Source of the DNA: Fibrobacteria bacterium
GTDB taxonomy: Bacteria; Fibrobacterota; Fibrobacteria; UBA11236; JADFYW01
Assembly: GCA_015232855.1 (NCBI GenBank)
Contig: JADFYW010000008.1
Coordinates: 761-64,760 of the forward strand
DNA: 64,000 nucleotides
Direction: 5' to 3'
Made by a program: the position numbers and the translations under genes. Position 1 is the stretch's first letter. Every line of letters begins with the position of its first letter. Under the pieces are notes generated by a model. It saw nothing but the letters and a program-made list of their open reading frames with translations, was not told the origin of the DNA and ran no database searches. Positions 28,588-39,901 of this stretch are shown here, in pieces.

Positions 28588-29688
28588 ATGGAGAATTTTA
28601 TGTTTCTGAAAAATACCCTCATACTTTGCGGAGTTTTGCTTACCTTATTTTCCAATACCTATGGAAGCTCTGAAGCCGCTAGCACCTTTGATGTTACCTT
28701 CGATATGTATTCCGGACAACCCAATCCCGTGTGCACCCTTACAGACTCCCTCTCCATTTCTCTTCTTAAGCATCGTATTGATTCTTACCGTATTTATTCC
28801 TTTTCTCATACGGGATGCCCTGAACCACTTACCGGCTCCGGATATCGAGGCATTCAAATGGTGCATAATGAAATACCGATAAGCGTTTCCAACGGCACGA
28901 TAACCATACTCCATGGTCCTTTTTGTGATTATCGCAGTGAATTAGAACAAATGGCTGTCCGTTTCTGTAAGTCAGAAACTTTTGGCACCCAAACAGATAT
29001 AATGCAGATGGTTCCAGAAACTCTTTACCGCGACTTCACCACTGACGGTTTATTTACCATTGAACAACCCTCAGGATCATTTTTTGTCGATTTCTCCTTG
29101 CTAGGCACAGGCTACCATTATTTGTCAGTTGGTCAGGATTCAGTACGAGGTTTTGATATTGTATTTTCGCTTGGTTCCGGGGTACGATACCTGTTTCAGG
29201 CCCCTCATGGTATGGCCGACATGGGTAATAACCAAGACTTTCCTGTCATTTCAGACATAAGGATTGCTACTGAAAAAACTGATTCCCTACTCAAACAATC
29301 CCGAGCCGCTTTTGACTCTTTGCATTTAGTGCCGCCCGACACCGGCTATCAGGAAAATTTTGGTCTGACTGAAGAGTTGACACCGGGACGTATGTTTGTC
29401 ATTAAGACGGAGGAAAAGGCCTATGTTGCAGTTATCTTTATTGGTTTCTATATCGGCGGCGTAGATAGGTACCACTTTTATTATTCCTATACCACCGACG
29501 GAATTTTCCGAAAAAACGGAGGACAGTCGGGTACTACACATATGCACCGTGAATTGTTTCGGGAAAAAAATAATGCGAACATGGGGTCTCAGGGGAGATC
29601 TTCTGAACATGGTGATAGCTATAATGTCAGAGGTCAAAAGCTTCAGGATGCATCGTGCAAATTTCGCGAAGTAATTATGGTTCCTTAG
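28588..29688 (+). CDS. Hypothetical secreted protein
   Basis: Signal peptide; YSGQPNP motif; C-terminal YNVRGQK. Confidence 0.6.
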   Translation: MENFMFLKNTLILCGVLLTLFSNTYGSSEAASTFDVTFDMYSGQPNPVCTLTDSLSISLLKHRIDSYRIYSFSHTGCPEPLTGSGYRGIQMVHNEIPISVSNGTITILHGPFCDYRSELEQMAVRFCKSETFGTQTDIMQMVPETLYRDFTTDGLFTIEQPSGSFFVDFSLLGTGYHYLSVGQDSVRGFDIVFSLGSGVRYLFQAPHGMADMGNNQDFPVISDIRIATEKTDSLLKQSRAAFDSLHLVPPDTGYQENFGLTEELTPGRMFVIKTEEKAYVAVIFIGFYIGGVDRYHFYYSYTTDGIFRKNGGQSGTTHMHRELFREKNNANMGSQGRSSEHGDSYNVRGQKLQDASCKFREVIMVP

Positions 29689-30103
29689 TAGTTTCTCGAA
29701 TTTGCTTGAAGCTAGGTTTACCGGTTCTTCAACTACCTTGTTGTGACTTTTACCAGCTTATTATCAAGCGTACTCATCTCAAAAATAGCTTTTTCAAGTC
29801 ATTTTTACCCATTTTTCCAATACTCCAACCATTATCCACAAACCTCACTTCGAGCCAGGTCGAGAAGTTCTGGGGAGCCATATTAAAAAGGTACTATCTG
29901 GTATTTATCGGTATTCAATTGAAATATTTGACCCTAAAAAAGGGGTATTCCTCTTTAAAAAAGGCCAAAAACTTCTTTTTTATTTAATAATTTTTCAAGT
30001 TTTTATATTCTTTGGTAAGAATATGTGATCCTTATCACAGATACACGCGTTGAAATAAAATATTTTAAGTGGCAAGAGCGATTTTTTTAAATTTGGGAAT
30101 TTT

Positions 30104-33100
30104 ATGAAAAGATATCTTTCTTTCGTACTTATAGGGATAATGACCATTACCCTTTTTAACTGCTTTTTAGATTCAACAAAAAGCAATGTGGACCAAACCG
30201 AGCCACCAATACCCGGCACAACCGGCTCTATCACCGGAATGGTGTCTAATGAACTGGGAAGTGCGTTAAGGGGAGTATCAATTAGTGCTCAGGGCCCAAA
30301 TGCCCGGTATTCTGCATTCAGTGACCAGATGGGGTCCTATTCCTTTTTAGATATTCCAGGGGGGATCTATACGATAACCTTTAAAAAATATGGCTTTTCA
30401 GATGGAGCGTCACAATCTATAACCATTATCACGGGCGATACCGTTATTGCCCAGGGAAGTGTACTCCAGAGCAATTTAATTACCATAAGGGGTCGTGTTA
30501 TCATACCCGGACTGGCAAAACAGGGAGCCCGTTCGGCTCAAAAAGGCATAGGGATCGCTTTACCAAAACAATCCATTTCAACACAAACTGACAGTACTGG
30601 TACCTTCATTCTTGAAAATGTTGACCCCACCACCACCGAAAATATTGTTGCCGCAAAGAGTGGTTCAGGATGGGGTGACAAAACAGTAACACTCCTACCG
30701 GGTAAGGATACTGTTGAGGTGGAAATAACTCTTAATAAAGAAGGTGGTTCTATACAGGGAACGGTAGTAGGAATTGCCGATAAGCCATTACCCAATGTTC
30801 TGGTCGAGGCTATTGGGGGCGGAGTTTCAGCCATTACGGACAGTGGAGGAAATTATCATTTAGCTAATGTTCCAAGCGGAGTCCCCATAGAGGTGGTAAG
30901 CGTGGAAAATACGAGCATTTCCGGGTTGATGGTGGATGAAGGCAGCCAGTTGGATGGGGTGGAACTTACACCTCAGGATACCATAGAACAAAACGGCATT
31001 AGTGTTTCAAGTAGTGAGTATGTTGTCCCTGATACGGGAACCGTTACTCTCAGAGCTGATGTAAATCTAATGAACCGTTCCGGGTCGGAGAAGGTTTCCA
31101 TGTTTATCTGGGATATGGATGGTGATGGTATATATGAAACCGACGCCTCTGTTCCCACCGTTTCTTTAAATGAGGCGGGAAACAAATCTGTTTCTTATGG
31201 GGTGGTTACCGAATCTGGAGACAGTATAAAAGGAGCCCAAATTGAAGTAAAGCGTGAACCGTCAATACCTGTTATCAAATTGGGGCAAGAGGTTATAGTG
31301 GATATAATCCCCCAGGAATTAACCAATTTGCCTGGAAATGCGACTTGTCTTTCAGGTGGCATCGTAAGCTATCAATGGGATTTTAACGGCGACGGAATTT
31401 TAGATTGGAAGAGACGTGATGGAGGAAAAGTAAAATACCGTTATTACAGAGCCGGTACCTATAAAGCTATGTTCCTGGTTATTTCATCTTCCGGCCAGCG
31501 TGATTCTGCATATATCGTCATAACGGTGAAGGACGTACCTCCCGCCTCATTACTCTCAGATGAAGTAGCTCAGCCTGAACTCATTAGCCCTCTCAGTGGA
31601 GACTTTGTAGGTACAGACGTGTTATTGCGCTGGACCAATGTGGGCGCAGAAAGCTACAGCGTTATTATGGACGAAAGTACCCCTCCGTCTACTATATTAA
31701 GCAATGGCATTACTGCCGACTATTTATATGTAACCGGTCTCACTCCCGGGATGACCTATTACCTGAAAATTATAGCCCATAAAGGTTTAAATTCAGCCGA
31801 ATCGTTTTGTACAAAAATTATTGCCAGCATATCCAGTAACACCGCTCCTCATTTTCTGACCCTACCAGAAGCAATGTTGTCTACTGTGGTTTCTGGTAAT
31901 GAGTACCGTGATACCGTCCAGGCAACTGATGCTGAAAACGATATTCTGCAAATCAGCTTTTTGGATAGCGTCGCAGGTATGACTATTAATAATGGTATCT
32001 TAAGCTGGACCCCCGGATCTGCCGATACCGGTGTCCATTCAGTTTCTCTGGTAGCAGATGATGCCAAAGGGGGGCGAGACACCCTGACCTGGTCTGTTAG
32101 AGTGATTAATTCAAGCGATGCATCCCTTTTATCCCTTGGAGTTTCTGCAGGTACACTTTCTCCCGAATTTTCTTCTGCAACTGCTACCTATTCTGTTTAC
32201 GTTGGTAATGAACAGGGGTCACTATTTATCAGTCCTGTGGTTTCTCACCCCGAAGCAAAAGTATTTGTCAATAGCATTACGGTTCCGTACGGCGATTCTA
32301 CAGAAATTTCTCTTTCTATAGGGAGTAATCTCGTTACTATTGATGTAACTGCTGCGGATGGGGTAAGCACAAAACGCTATACCGTCACCATAACCAGACT
32401 TGGGGCTGATAATGCCGTCCTGGCTGGTCTTTCATTATCAGCAGGGATGTTAACTCCTCGTTTTCAGCCAGACAGCATTTACTATTCAGCAGTAGTAGTA
32501 AATGAAATCGACAGCATAGCGATTCTTCCTACAGCGGGAGACATTAACGCCTCCATTACCGTTAATGGAGTGGAGGTGCAATCTGGGACTTTGTCGGCAT
32601 TGTTGCCTCTGAATGTAGGAAGCAATAGGATCAGTGTTAAGGTAACCGCCCAGAATCAGACAAGCAGCAATACCTATAGTATTAGCATCACCAGGCAGGG
32701 AAACTCTAATGCCTACCTCTCTGGTATCGCGATAGCCCCTGAGTCTCTGACGCCCCAATTCAATCCGACCGTACTTTCCTATTCGGCTGCCCTTAAATAT
32801 ACTGATTCTCTATTAAGGGTTGTTCCCACAGCTGTCTCCCCAAAAACAACCATTTCGGTAAATAACGATACCGTGATTTCCGGCACATCATCATTACATA
32901 TTCCTTTGGCTGTAGGCGATAATCTGATAAATGTTATTACCACTGCAGAAGACGGTATGACCAGGCTGACTTATTACCTGGTCATTACTCGTGAAGCTGA
33001 GCCGAATATTAATTTATCAGCACTTGTTTCTTCTACGGGAAACTGGACACCGGATTTTAATGGAAGCAGCGAACTCTATACGGTTACTGTTTCCAGCAGT

Positions 33101-35092
33101 ATATCTCGTATTACCTTTACACCCACAGCTTTGGATTCCACTGCCACGATTACTGTCGGTTCCCAAACGGTGAGCTCCGGAACGAGCTCAGACTCAATTA
33201 ACCTTATTACAGGTAATAATACCGTAAATATTGTTGTAACCGCAGAGAATGGGGTTACTAAAAAAACATATACCATTACGGTAAGGAGATTATCAAACTC
33301 AGCTACTCTTAACGCTCTTACCTCTTCCGGTGGGACTTTGTCACCAAACTTTAATTCTATCAACACATCGTATGTTTTTGCGGTCTCGAATAGTACTTCT
33401 AACGTTACCTTTACCCCTACAGCAACAGATTCAAATGCAACGATTACTGTAAACGGGGACACCGTGATTTCGGGCAACGAGTCCAATCCCGTAAATTTAA
33501 TCGTGGGAAACAATCCCATCCCGGTTGTTGTCACAGCTGAAGATGGAATTACTATCAGGACTTATACGGTTACCATAGACAGAGCGCCCAGTACTGATGC
33601 TACCTTATCTAACCTTATTGTTTCAAAAGGGTCCCTTTCTCCTGTATTTAGTTCCGATGAACCTAAATACATTGATTCTATACCCTGGTATGAATCTTAC
33701 ATAGCCTTCACTCCAACGGCTTCCCATGCCCAGGCAAAAATTAAGATCGAAAATCAAGATGTTGTCTCCGGAGAGATGTCAGACTCGATTAATATTAATA
33801 AAGGAGGTCCCGTTCCCATAACAATCATCGTTACCGCCGAAGATGGTGTGACCTTAAAAGAATATGTGGTTATGGTAACTCCATTTAATTTGCCTCCAGA
33901 AATTACAGGAATGCAAAATGTTTCCATTGATTTCCGAGAGCCTTTTGAAAACATAAATCTTGATGATTATGTAGCGGACCCCGATCATCACGATAGCACT
34001 CTAATTTGGGAAGTTGATACTATTATTACGGATAACAATGGCTTTACGCCATTAGAAGTAACCATAGGATCTCCTTTGCATAACACCTCATTTAGTATAC
34101 CAACAGGAGCTGACTGGTATGGATCCAATACTATTCGTTTTTCTGCACGAGACCCTCGTGGTGGCAGAGATACCGCAAGTGTTATCTATTCTATGTCTGG
34201 CTGGAAGTCTTATAGTCAACATATTTCCAGTAATATACAGACTATTGCTTTTCCAAGTCCGGACACCGGATTTTTCATAGCCCTTGACGAGGAAATTATT
34301 TTCCGCACCATTGATCAGGGAAAAAACTGGAGTCCTATCCATTTTAAGGATGCTGGTGCATCTCTCTATGATATGTATTTTCTCAATAAATCTATCGGTT
34401 GGGCTTCGGGAAGTAATGGACAAGTATTACGAACCAGCGATGCTGGTGAAACCTGGAATTCTCCTACCACTACAAATAATCTGGCAACTTATTACGGTGT
34501 TCATTTTTCCGATGCAACTAATGGCTGGGTAGCAGGAATAAAAGGCGGAATCACGGTGCTTCCCTGTGTTGCGAAAACAACTAATGCTGGACTTACCTGG
34601 ACAGAAACAACTACTCCTGGCACACCGCTTAACACGGTTCATAGTTTCTCAACTGACGAAGCTTTAGTTGCGGGAAATGATGGTAACATTTACCGGACCG
34701 TTAACGGAGGTGCGTCATGGACAACAGTACATACCGGAACCGAAAGTATCTATTCCATGTTTTTTATCGACTCTAAAAATGGTTGGGCCGGTGCGGCACA
34801 TTCAGTTTATCGTACTACTGACGGAGGCCTGAACTGGACTGCATCTACTTTGGCTCCTGTCCAATACATATATCAAGTAAAGTCTGTACACTTTGTAAAT
34901 AATCAGCTTGGATGGGCCATAGGTCATGGTCAGGTGCCTGGTGTTTACAAGACCATCGATGGCGGGGTAACCTGGACAGAAATCCCAAGTAATTATTCTA
35001 TAAATTATGCGTTCTCCATTGTGGGCTTTGGTACTCACGAAGCAATAATCGCTAATGGTACTGATGTAAACAGATACGGACCTAATCCATAG
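30104..35092 (+). CDS. Large surface lipoprotein: carboxypeptidase-regulatory-like, PKD, cadherin-like beta-sandwich repeats, YCF48/BNR propeller
   Basis: Lipobox FNC; YQWDFNGDG; six LS.L....G.L.P.F...VTA.DG...Y repeats; repeated T.DGG.TW. Confidence 0.85.
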   Translation: MKRYLSFVLIGIMTITLFNCFLDSTKSNVDQTEPPIPGTTGSITGMVSNELGSALRGVSISAQGPNARYSAFSDQMGSYSFLDIPGGIYTITFKKYGFSDGASQSITIITGDTVIAQGSVLQSNLITIRGRVIIPGLAKQGARSAQKGIGIALPKQSISTQTDSTGTFILENVDPTTTENIVAAKSGSGWGDKTVTLLPGKDTVEVEITLNKEGGSIQGTVVGIADKPLPNVLVEAIGGGVSAITDSGGNYHLANVPSGVPIEVVSVENTSISGLMVDEGSQLDGVELTPQDTIEQNGISVSSSEYVVPDTGTVTLRADVNLMNRSGSEKVSMFIWDMDGDGIYETDASVPTVSLNEAGNKSVSYGVVTESGDSIKGAQIEVKREPSIPVIKLGQEVIVDIIPQELTNLPGNATCLSGGIVSYQWDFNGDGILDWKRRDGGKVKYRYYRAGTYKAMFLVISSSGQRDSAYIVITVKDVPPASLLSDEVAQPELISPLSGDFVGTDVLLRWTNVGAESYSVIMDESTPPSTILSNGITADYLYVTGLTPGMTYYLKIIAHKGLNSAESFCTKIIASISSNTAPHFLTLPEAMLSTVVSGNEYRDTVQATDAENDILQISFLDSVAGMTINNGILSWTPGSADTGVHSVSLVADDAKGGRDTLTWSVRVINSSDASLLSLGVSAGTLSPEFSSATATYSVYVGNEQGSLFISPVVSHPEAKVFVNSITVPYGDSTEISLSIGSNLVTIDVTAADGVSTKRYTVTITRLGADNAVLAGLSLSAGMLTPRFQPDSIYYSAVVVNEIDSIAILPTAGDINASITVNGVEVQSGTLSALLPLNVGSNRISVKVTAQNQTSSNTYSISITRQGNSNAYLSGIAIAPESLTPQFNPTVLSYSAALKYTDSLLRVVPTAVSPKTTISVNNDTVISGTSSLHIPLAVGDNLINVITTAEDGMTRLTYYLVITREAEPNINLSALVSSTGNWTPDFNGSSELYTVTVSSSISRITFTPTALDSTATITVGSQTVSSGTSSDSINLITGNNTVNIVVTAENGVTKKTYTITVRRLSNSATLNALTSSGGTLSPNFNSINTSYVFAVSNSTSNVTFTPTATDSNATITVNGDTVISGNESNPVNLIVGNNPIPVVVTAEDGITIRTYTVTIDRAPSTDATLSNLIVSKGSLSPVFSSDEPKYIDSIPWYESYIAFTPTASHAQAKIKIENQDVVSGEMSDSININKGGPVPITIIVTAEDGVTLKEYVVMVTPFNLPPEITGMQNVSIDFREPFENINLDDYVADPDHHDSTLIWEVDTIITDNNGFTPLEVTIGSPLHNTSFSIPTGADWYGSNTIRFSARDPRGGRDTASVIYSMSGWKSYSQHISSNIQTIAFPSPDTGFFIALDEEIIFRTIDQGKNWSPIHFKDAGASLYDMYFLNKSIGWASGSNGQVLRTSDAGETWNSPTTTNNLATYYGVHFSDATNGWVAGIKGGITVLPCVAKTTNAGLTWTETTTPGTPLNTVHSFSTDEALVAGNDGNIYRTVNGGASWTTVHTGTESIYSMFFIDSKNGWAGAAHSVYRTTDGGLNWTASTLAPVQYIYQVKSVHFVNNQLGWAIGHGQVPGVYKTIDGGVTWTEIPSNYSINYAFSIVGFGTHEAIIANGTDVNRYGPNP

Positions 35093-35237
35093 TTTTTAAA
35101 ATGTCCCAACAGCTTAGGATTGTACGATGTTAGCGTAAAGGTGTTGGAAAGGTGCAGTGATTGGGATGTTGAAGACTATTATGCAAGCAGCCCCGCAAAG
35201 GCCCTACTTGGTCATTTTAGCTTTTGTCATTTAATCT

Positions 35238-36065
35238 TTGAAAATGAATTCCTTAAAAAAACCACACCTAACGATTCTTATCGCCACATGGAATAGAACA
35301 GAACTTCTTCGTAAGAGATCGCTGCCATCTCTAAGAAAACAATCCTTTGCACCTTCACGAGTTATTTTAGTAGATAACTCCGAAAAGAAATTTCATATTC
35401 AGAATCAACAAATATTTGAAAAGTGCATACCATCAGAGTGGAACCCAGTATACATTAAAAATAGTTGCCATCAGGGGAATGCTTTTTCATGGAACATGGG
35501 ATTAGAGTGGATCAGAAATAATACTCCTGAAACATGGGTGGCAATTCTTGATGATGACGATCTGTGGGAGCCCAATCACCTTGAACTATGCATTAATGCC
35601 GTTGAAACAAACCTGGATTGTGTTATTTCTGGTATCCAAACAGTGTTAGATGGAACACTACTCAAACCGAAAAACATTGACCAATTTACAGTTTCAGACT
35701 TTTTAAGTGGAAATCCGGGGTGGGAAGGTTCAAATACTTTTTTGAGATATACAGCGTTTGAAGAAGTCGGTTTTTTTGACGAAGACTTATCCTGCACGCA
35801 TGATCGAGACTTGGCTATCAGGTTACTTTCCAACTCCAAATTTAAGTATAAGATTGTACCGAAGATAACGGTTAAACACTTTATTGAAACGAACAGATTA
35901 TCATTGACAATCAGTCCTAAGAAAAAAGTTGGCATGATTCAATTCTGGAATAAGCATAATTCTAAAATGACCACTTTAAATAAGGAAGCCTTTCTTAAGA
36001 GAGCAAAAGATTTGTTTAACCTGGATAAAGAATTGTTTGAAGAGTATGTCATTAGCGAAATTTAA
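35238..36065 (+). CDS. Glycosyltransferase family 2
   Basis: ILIATWNR, ILVDNS, AILDDDDLW, GFFDE, HDRDL. Confidence 0.85.
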   Translation: MKMNSLKKPHLTILIATWNRTELLRKRSLPSLRKQSFAPSRVILVDNSEKKFHIQNQQIFEKCIPSEWNPVYIKNSCHQGNAFSWNMGLEWIRNNTPETWVAILDDDDLWEPNHLELCINAVETNLDCVISGIQTVLDGTLLKPKNIDQFTVSDFLSGNPGWEGSNTFLRYTAFEEVGFFDEDLSCTHDRDLAIRLLSNSKFKYKIVPKITVKHFIETNRLSLTISPKKKVGMIQFWNKHNSKMTTLNKEAFLKRAKDLFNLDKELFEEYVISEI

Positions 36066-39000
36066 AGATCATTTATCCGGGCACAAACTGCATTATAACT
36101 CAGAAAATGTATTTAATGCTGAAATCGTTGTTTCTGTTGCCATGAAAAATGCTAGGCAATCCATTAGACAATGCCTTCTCTCAATTTTAAATCAGCAAAA
36201 GGTAAGTGACATTGCAATATTTCTTCTTGATGATAGTTCCGAAGATAAATGGGATGAAAAGATTATCGATCTTTTACGTTCACCACAATTAGTCTTATAT
36301 CAGTGTCATGAAGGAAAAATAACCAGAATTAGAAATCTTCAATTAAAACTAGCCAAAGAAATTTTCCCTCTTTGTCGATGGTTTGGTAGGTTGGATGCTG
36401 ATGATCAACTAGCACATAGATATTCCATTTTTGAAACCCTTGAACCGGTTTTAAACAAAAAAACACCTTTTAAATGGGTATTAGCAGGAAATACATTAAA
36501 GCTAGACGGAAAATTATTGAAGAGAAGAAACTTTCCATCAGAAAGCCTCTTAACAAGGAAGGGGTTGCTAAAGGTTACATTTGAAATGAGCCATGGGATT
36601 CCTGAAGCTGAGTTACCCTCTTGTAATCTTTGGTTACATAAAGAATTGAATGTTACCTATCCTTCGGTTCTAAGTGGTGAGGATCATTGGTTAGTCGCCT
36701 TTCTTTTGTTTTATAAATCAAATATTGGCCTGCTTCGAACAACAACAACTTATGCATGTTATAATCTTGAAGGAATCGCGACAACAAATGCCAGGCAGTC
36801 AAATAGTTTTTTGTATTCGCGACAACTGTTACATAACAGTGTGTTAAACTGGCTTAATACTCATAATAATAACGGGAAAGAATTCGTTTTGGGCTGGGGA
36901 AAAGAATCCATTGTTTATAAAAAATGTGATTATATCTTTAAAATTTTCAATGAAGGAATTTTAACTGAAAAACAAGTAGACTGGTTGAAAGTAAACCTGA
37001 GGTCACCTTACTTCCCCGTTCCAACTTGGAAGAAAGAGAACCATCATTGGATTGCAAAATACACTTTTCAAGAAATGAAGCCTTTGGAAACACTTTCTCA
37101 AAAGGCAATCAGCAGGTTTATTCAATATTGCTTGAATCATAATATCGTATGTCTTGACTTTGCCGATTACAACTGCGGAAGCGTGAATGGAGAAGTATTT
37201 TATTTCGATATAGGCAGAGATATTCAATCATTTAAAATAACCTATTTCCGGGATATGTGCGCACGAATCTATGTGTTATTTATTCTTAAGTGGACTCATT
37301 ATGAACTAAAAAAAAACACGAAACGTTTTCGTGATAATGAAGAGGCGTTAAAGAATATTCCTGGTTTTGAGGAGTTTTATAAAAAAGAATTAACCTTATG
37401 GATAAGCAGTCAACAAAAAAATGAGCACCTGCCTCTTCTTACTAATCAGGTAAAACGATCTGACAAGGTTAGTCTTCTGATTAAGTCCTGTGCTATGGAC
37501 GCCCCTACTTTCGAAATTCAAATACATCACATTTTAGAGCAATTGTGTGAAACCCAAAGATATTTTGAATTAATTTTATTGATCGATTCCCGTAGACAAA
37601 ATTTTTTAAGGGAACACAATAGTGGTAACTATGACAAGGTTGTTAAAATATCTCAAAATTTATTACGTGAAGGAAAAATTGATAGACTTTTAATTGCCCC
37701 TGATTCTCAAGATAAGCAGCTTGTAGAAAAAGTGTATAAACATTGGTTTGGCGTTCATTCAAAACAAACACATACCTTTAAAGGGGTTCCTATATTTTCT
37801 CAACTTTGGGCATTTGAACAAGTACATACCCGATATGTATTGCAACTTGATTGCGATGTAATGATTTGCCGTCGAAACCAGAAGCATGATTATCTTCATG
37901 ATATGTTAACCGTAATTCAGGAAGAATCTGTGCTCTCTGTCGGGTTCAATATTCCTCACTCTATTGATTCAAAATTTATCGATTATCATTCTCCTTATGG
38001 CGGTTTCACTCCTGAGGTAAGATTTGGATTATTGGATTTGGAACGGATAAAATCCAAGAGACCTTTTCCGAATACTACCCATGAAGGATTTTTAACAAAA
38101 ACCTGGTATCGTTCCATTGAGCAGTTCCAAAAACAAAATGGTTTGAAAAGTTTGCGCGGAGGAAGTTCTGAAAGCTATTACATTCATCCTCCAAACCTAT
38201 ATAAAAATGATATCTTTTATTATTTGAGACTAATGGATCTTGTCGAGCAGGACCAACTTCCAGAAATTCAGTATGGTAAGTGGGACATTATAGGTTCTCT
38301 AAACGATTGGAAATATCCCTCTAGGAACGAAGAATTGATTGTTCTTATCATGGGAAGAAATACTAACCGCTATCAACAGGAGCGATGTTTAAATTCCCTT
38401 TTTGCCCAACGCTTTAATGGATGGGGGGCCATCATAGTAGATGATGCTTCTGCACAAAAATCGCAAATACATTTGATTAATTTAATATCTCAATACAAAA
38501 AACAAGTCACTTTGGTAAATAGAAAAACTAGATATGGAAAAGCAAAAAATGAGTGGGAATTACTCAACGAAATATGCATAAATCCAGAATCGCAAATCAT
38601 TATTTTGGATATGGATGATTGTTTCATTCATAGCCGGGTTTTGGATCGAATTTATATTGAGTATAAAAAAGGATATGAAATTATCCTTGGGGGGATGTTT
38701 CGTTCGGATAAACCAATTAAACGTTATAAAGTACGTTTCGATGATGTAAATAAACCGGATGCGGGAAATATTTGGATTCATTTGCGAAGCTTTCGTTTCT
38801 GTCTTTTCTCAAGGTTAACAACAGAGAATTTGAAGATTGATGGAAAGTGGGCTGCATTTTGTGACGACTTCGCAATGATGATTCCCATGGTAAAACAAGC
38901 ATCGCAGCATATCATGATAGAGGAATACCTCTACTTACATGAAAGAAGCACTCCAAACACCAAAACAACCAGGCACATCAAAGACAAGGAAATATTTCAT

Positions 39001-39792
39001 TTCACTAAAAGCAAATCAAGAGCGTTTAAAAAGAGAGCTACTCGTTATTTCCCAAATTTAAAAAAAATAGAAATTGATATAACCTATGTTTGTAACTTGA
39101 GGTGTTCTGGCTGTGATCGTTCCTGTACTCAAGCTCCGGCTAATTTAAATATGCCCATTCAAATGATTGAGGAATTTATTTTTCAAACAGAAGAAAAAGG
39201 TATTCAATGGGAGAGTGTTCATGTCTTAGGAGGGGAGCCTACTTTACATCCAAATTTTTTCGAAATTATTCGTTTCCTTGATAAATGGTTCACAAAAAAT
39301 TCTCCAACTACTGAACTTAAAGTTATTAGTAATGGCTACAGCCAAAATAGTAGAGATATCTTAAGTCTAATCCCTGAAAACTGGCATCATTTTAAATCTT
39401 TTAAAAACTCAAATAATCCTCTGTATTTTGAACCTTTTAATACTGCCCCAATAGATTTACCCGTTTGGAAAAAGGAGGATTTCTCGAAAGGATGTTGGAT
39501 TTCCCAATTCTGTGGGATTGGACTTACTCCTCAAGGATATTTTCCATGTGCGGTGTCAGGTGGCATAGAACGAATTTTTAGACTTGGAAAAGGATTAACG
39601 AATCTACCGCAAAGTGGAGAAATATTCAAAAGTATGTTCCCTTTTTATTGCCGCTTCTGCGGTCATTTTTTCCAAGATCAATATTATCCTCGCACGGAAC
39701 GAAAAATCATTGGTGTTGATATCGCGAATATTTCTCATTCTTGGAAAGAAGCCTATTCTTTCTGGAGAGAGAAAGGGCCTATTGTATCTTAA
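36046..39792 (+). CDS. Multidomain GT-A / kinase-like / GT-A / GT2 / radical SAM fusion
   Basis: LDDSS...RLDADD; LGWGKESIVYK...KIF...D...N...FDIGRD; LQLDCD; IVDDAS...LDMDD; CNLRCSGC, GGEPTLHP, Cys-rich tail; overlaps the upstream GT2. Confidence 0.8.
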   Translation: MSLAKFKDHLSGHKLHYNSENVFNAEIVVSVAMKNARQSIRQCLLSILNQQKVSDIAIFLLDDSSEDKWDEKIIDLLRSPQLVLYQCHEGKITRIRNLQLKLAKEIFPLCRWFGRLDADDQLAHRYSIFETLEPVLNKKTPFKWVLAGNTLKLDGKLLKRRNFPSESLLTRKGLLKVTFEMSHGIPEAELPSCNLWLHKELNVTYPSVLSGEDHWLVAFLLFYKSNIGLLRTTTTYACYNLEGIATTNARQSNSFLYSRQLLHNSVLNWLNTHNNNGKEFVLGWGKESIVYKKCDYIFKIFNEGILTEKQVDWLKVNLRSPYFPVPTWKKENHHWIAKYTFQEMKPLETLSQKAISRFIQYCLNHNIVCLDFADYNCGSVNGEVFYFDIGRDIQSFKITYFRDMCARIYVLFILKWTHYELKKNTKRFRDNEEALKNIPGFEEFYKKELTLWISSQQKNEHLPLLTNQVKRSDKVSLLIKSCAMDAPTFEIQIHHILEQLCETQRYFELILLIDSRRQNFLREHNSGNYDKVVKISQNLLREGKIDRLLIAPDSQDKQLVEKVYKHWFGVHSKQTHTFKGVPIFSQLWAFEQVHTRYVLQLDCDVMICRRNQKHDYLHDMLTVIQEESVLSVGFNIPHSIDSKFIDYHSPYGGFTPEVRFGLLDLERIKSKRPFPNTTHEGFLTKTWYRSIEQFQKQNGLKSLRGGSSESYYIHPPNLYKNDIFYYLRLMDLVEQDQLPEIQYGKWDIIGSLNDWKYPSRNEELIVLIMGRNTNRYQQERCLNSLFAQRFNGWGAIIVDDASAQKSQIHLINLISQYKKQVTLVNRKTRYGKAKNEWELLNEICINPESQIIILDMDDCFIHSRVLDRIYIEYKKGYEIILGGMFRSDKPIKRYKVRFDDVNKPDAGNIWIHLRSFRFCLFSRLTTENLKIDGKWAAFCDDFAMMIPMVKQASQHIMIEEYLYLHERSTPNTKTTRHIKDKEIFHFTKSKSRAFKKRATRYFPNLKKIEIDITYVCNLRCSGCDRSCTQAPANLNMPIQMIEEFIFQTEEKGIQWESVHVLGGEPTLHPNFFEIIRFLDKWFTKNSPTTELKVISNGYSQNSRDILSLIPENWHHFKSFKNSNNPLYFEPFNTAPIDLPVWKKEDFSKGCWISQFCGIGLTPQGYFPCAVSGGIERIFRLGKGLTNLPQSGEIFKSMFPFYCRFCGHFFQDQYYPRTERKIIGVDIANISHSWKEAYSFWREKGPIVS

Positions 39793-39901
39793 CAGGGCTG
39801 TGAGGCAAGAGAGTTTATTGAAACTCATGAGATTGCGTCACTCCCTGTTGATGTTAACAACTTTCATATTTAATTTACTCATTGTAATTGAAAAGATTAA
39901 C

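Noticed and set aside
29655-29987. 110-aa ORF, and similarly 47920-48171
   Set aside because: Low-complexity AT-rich intergenic frames with non-ATG starts and no recognisable motifs.
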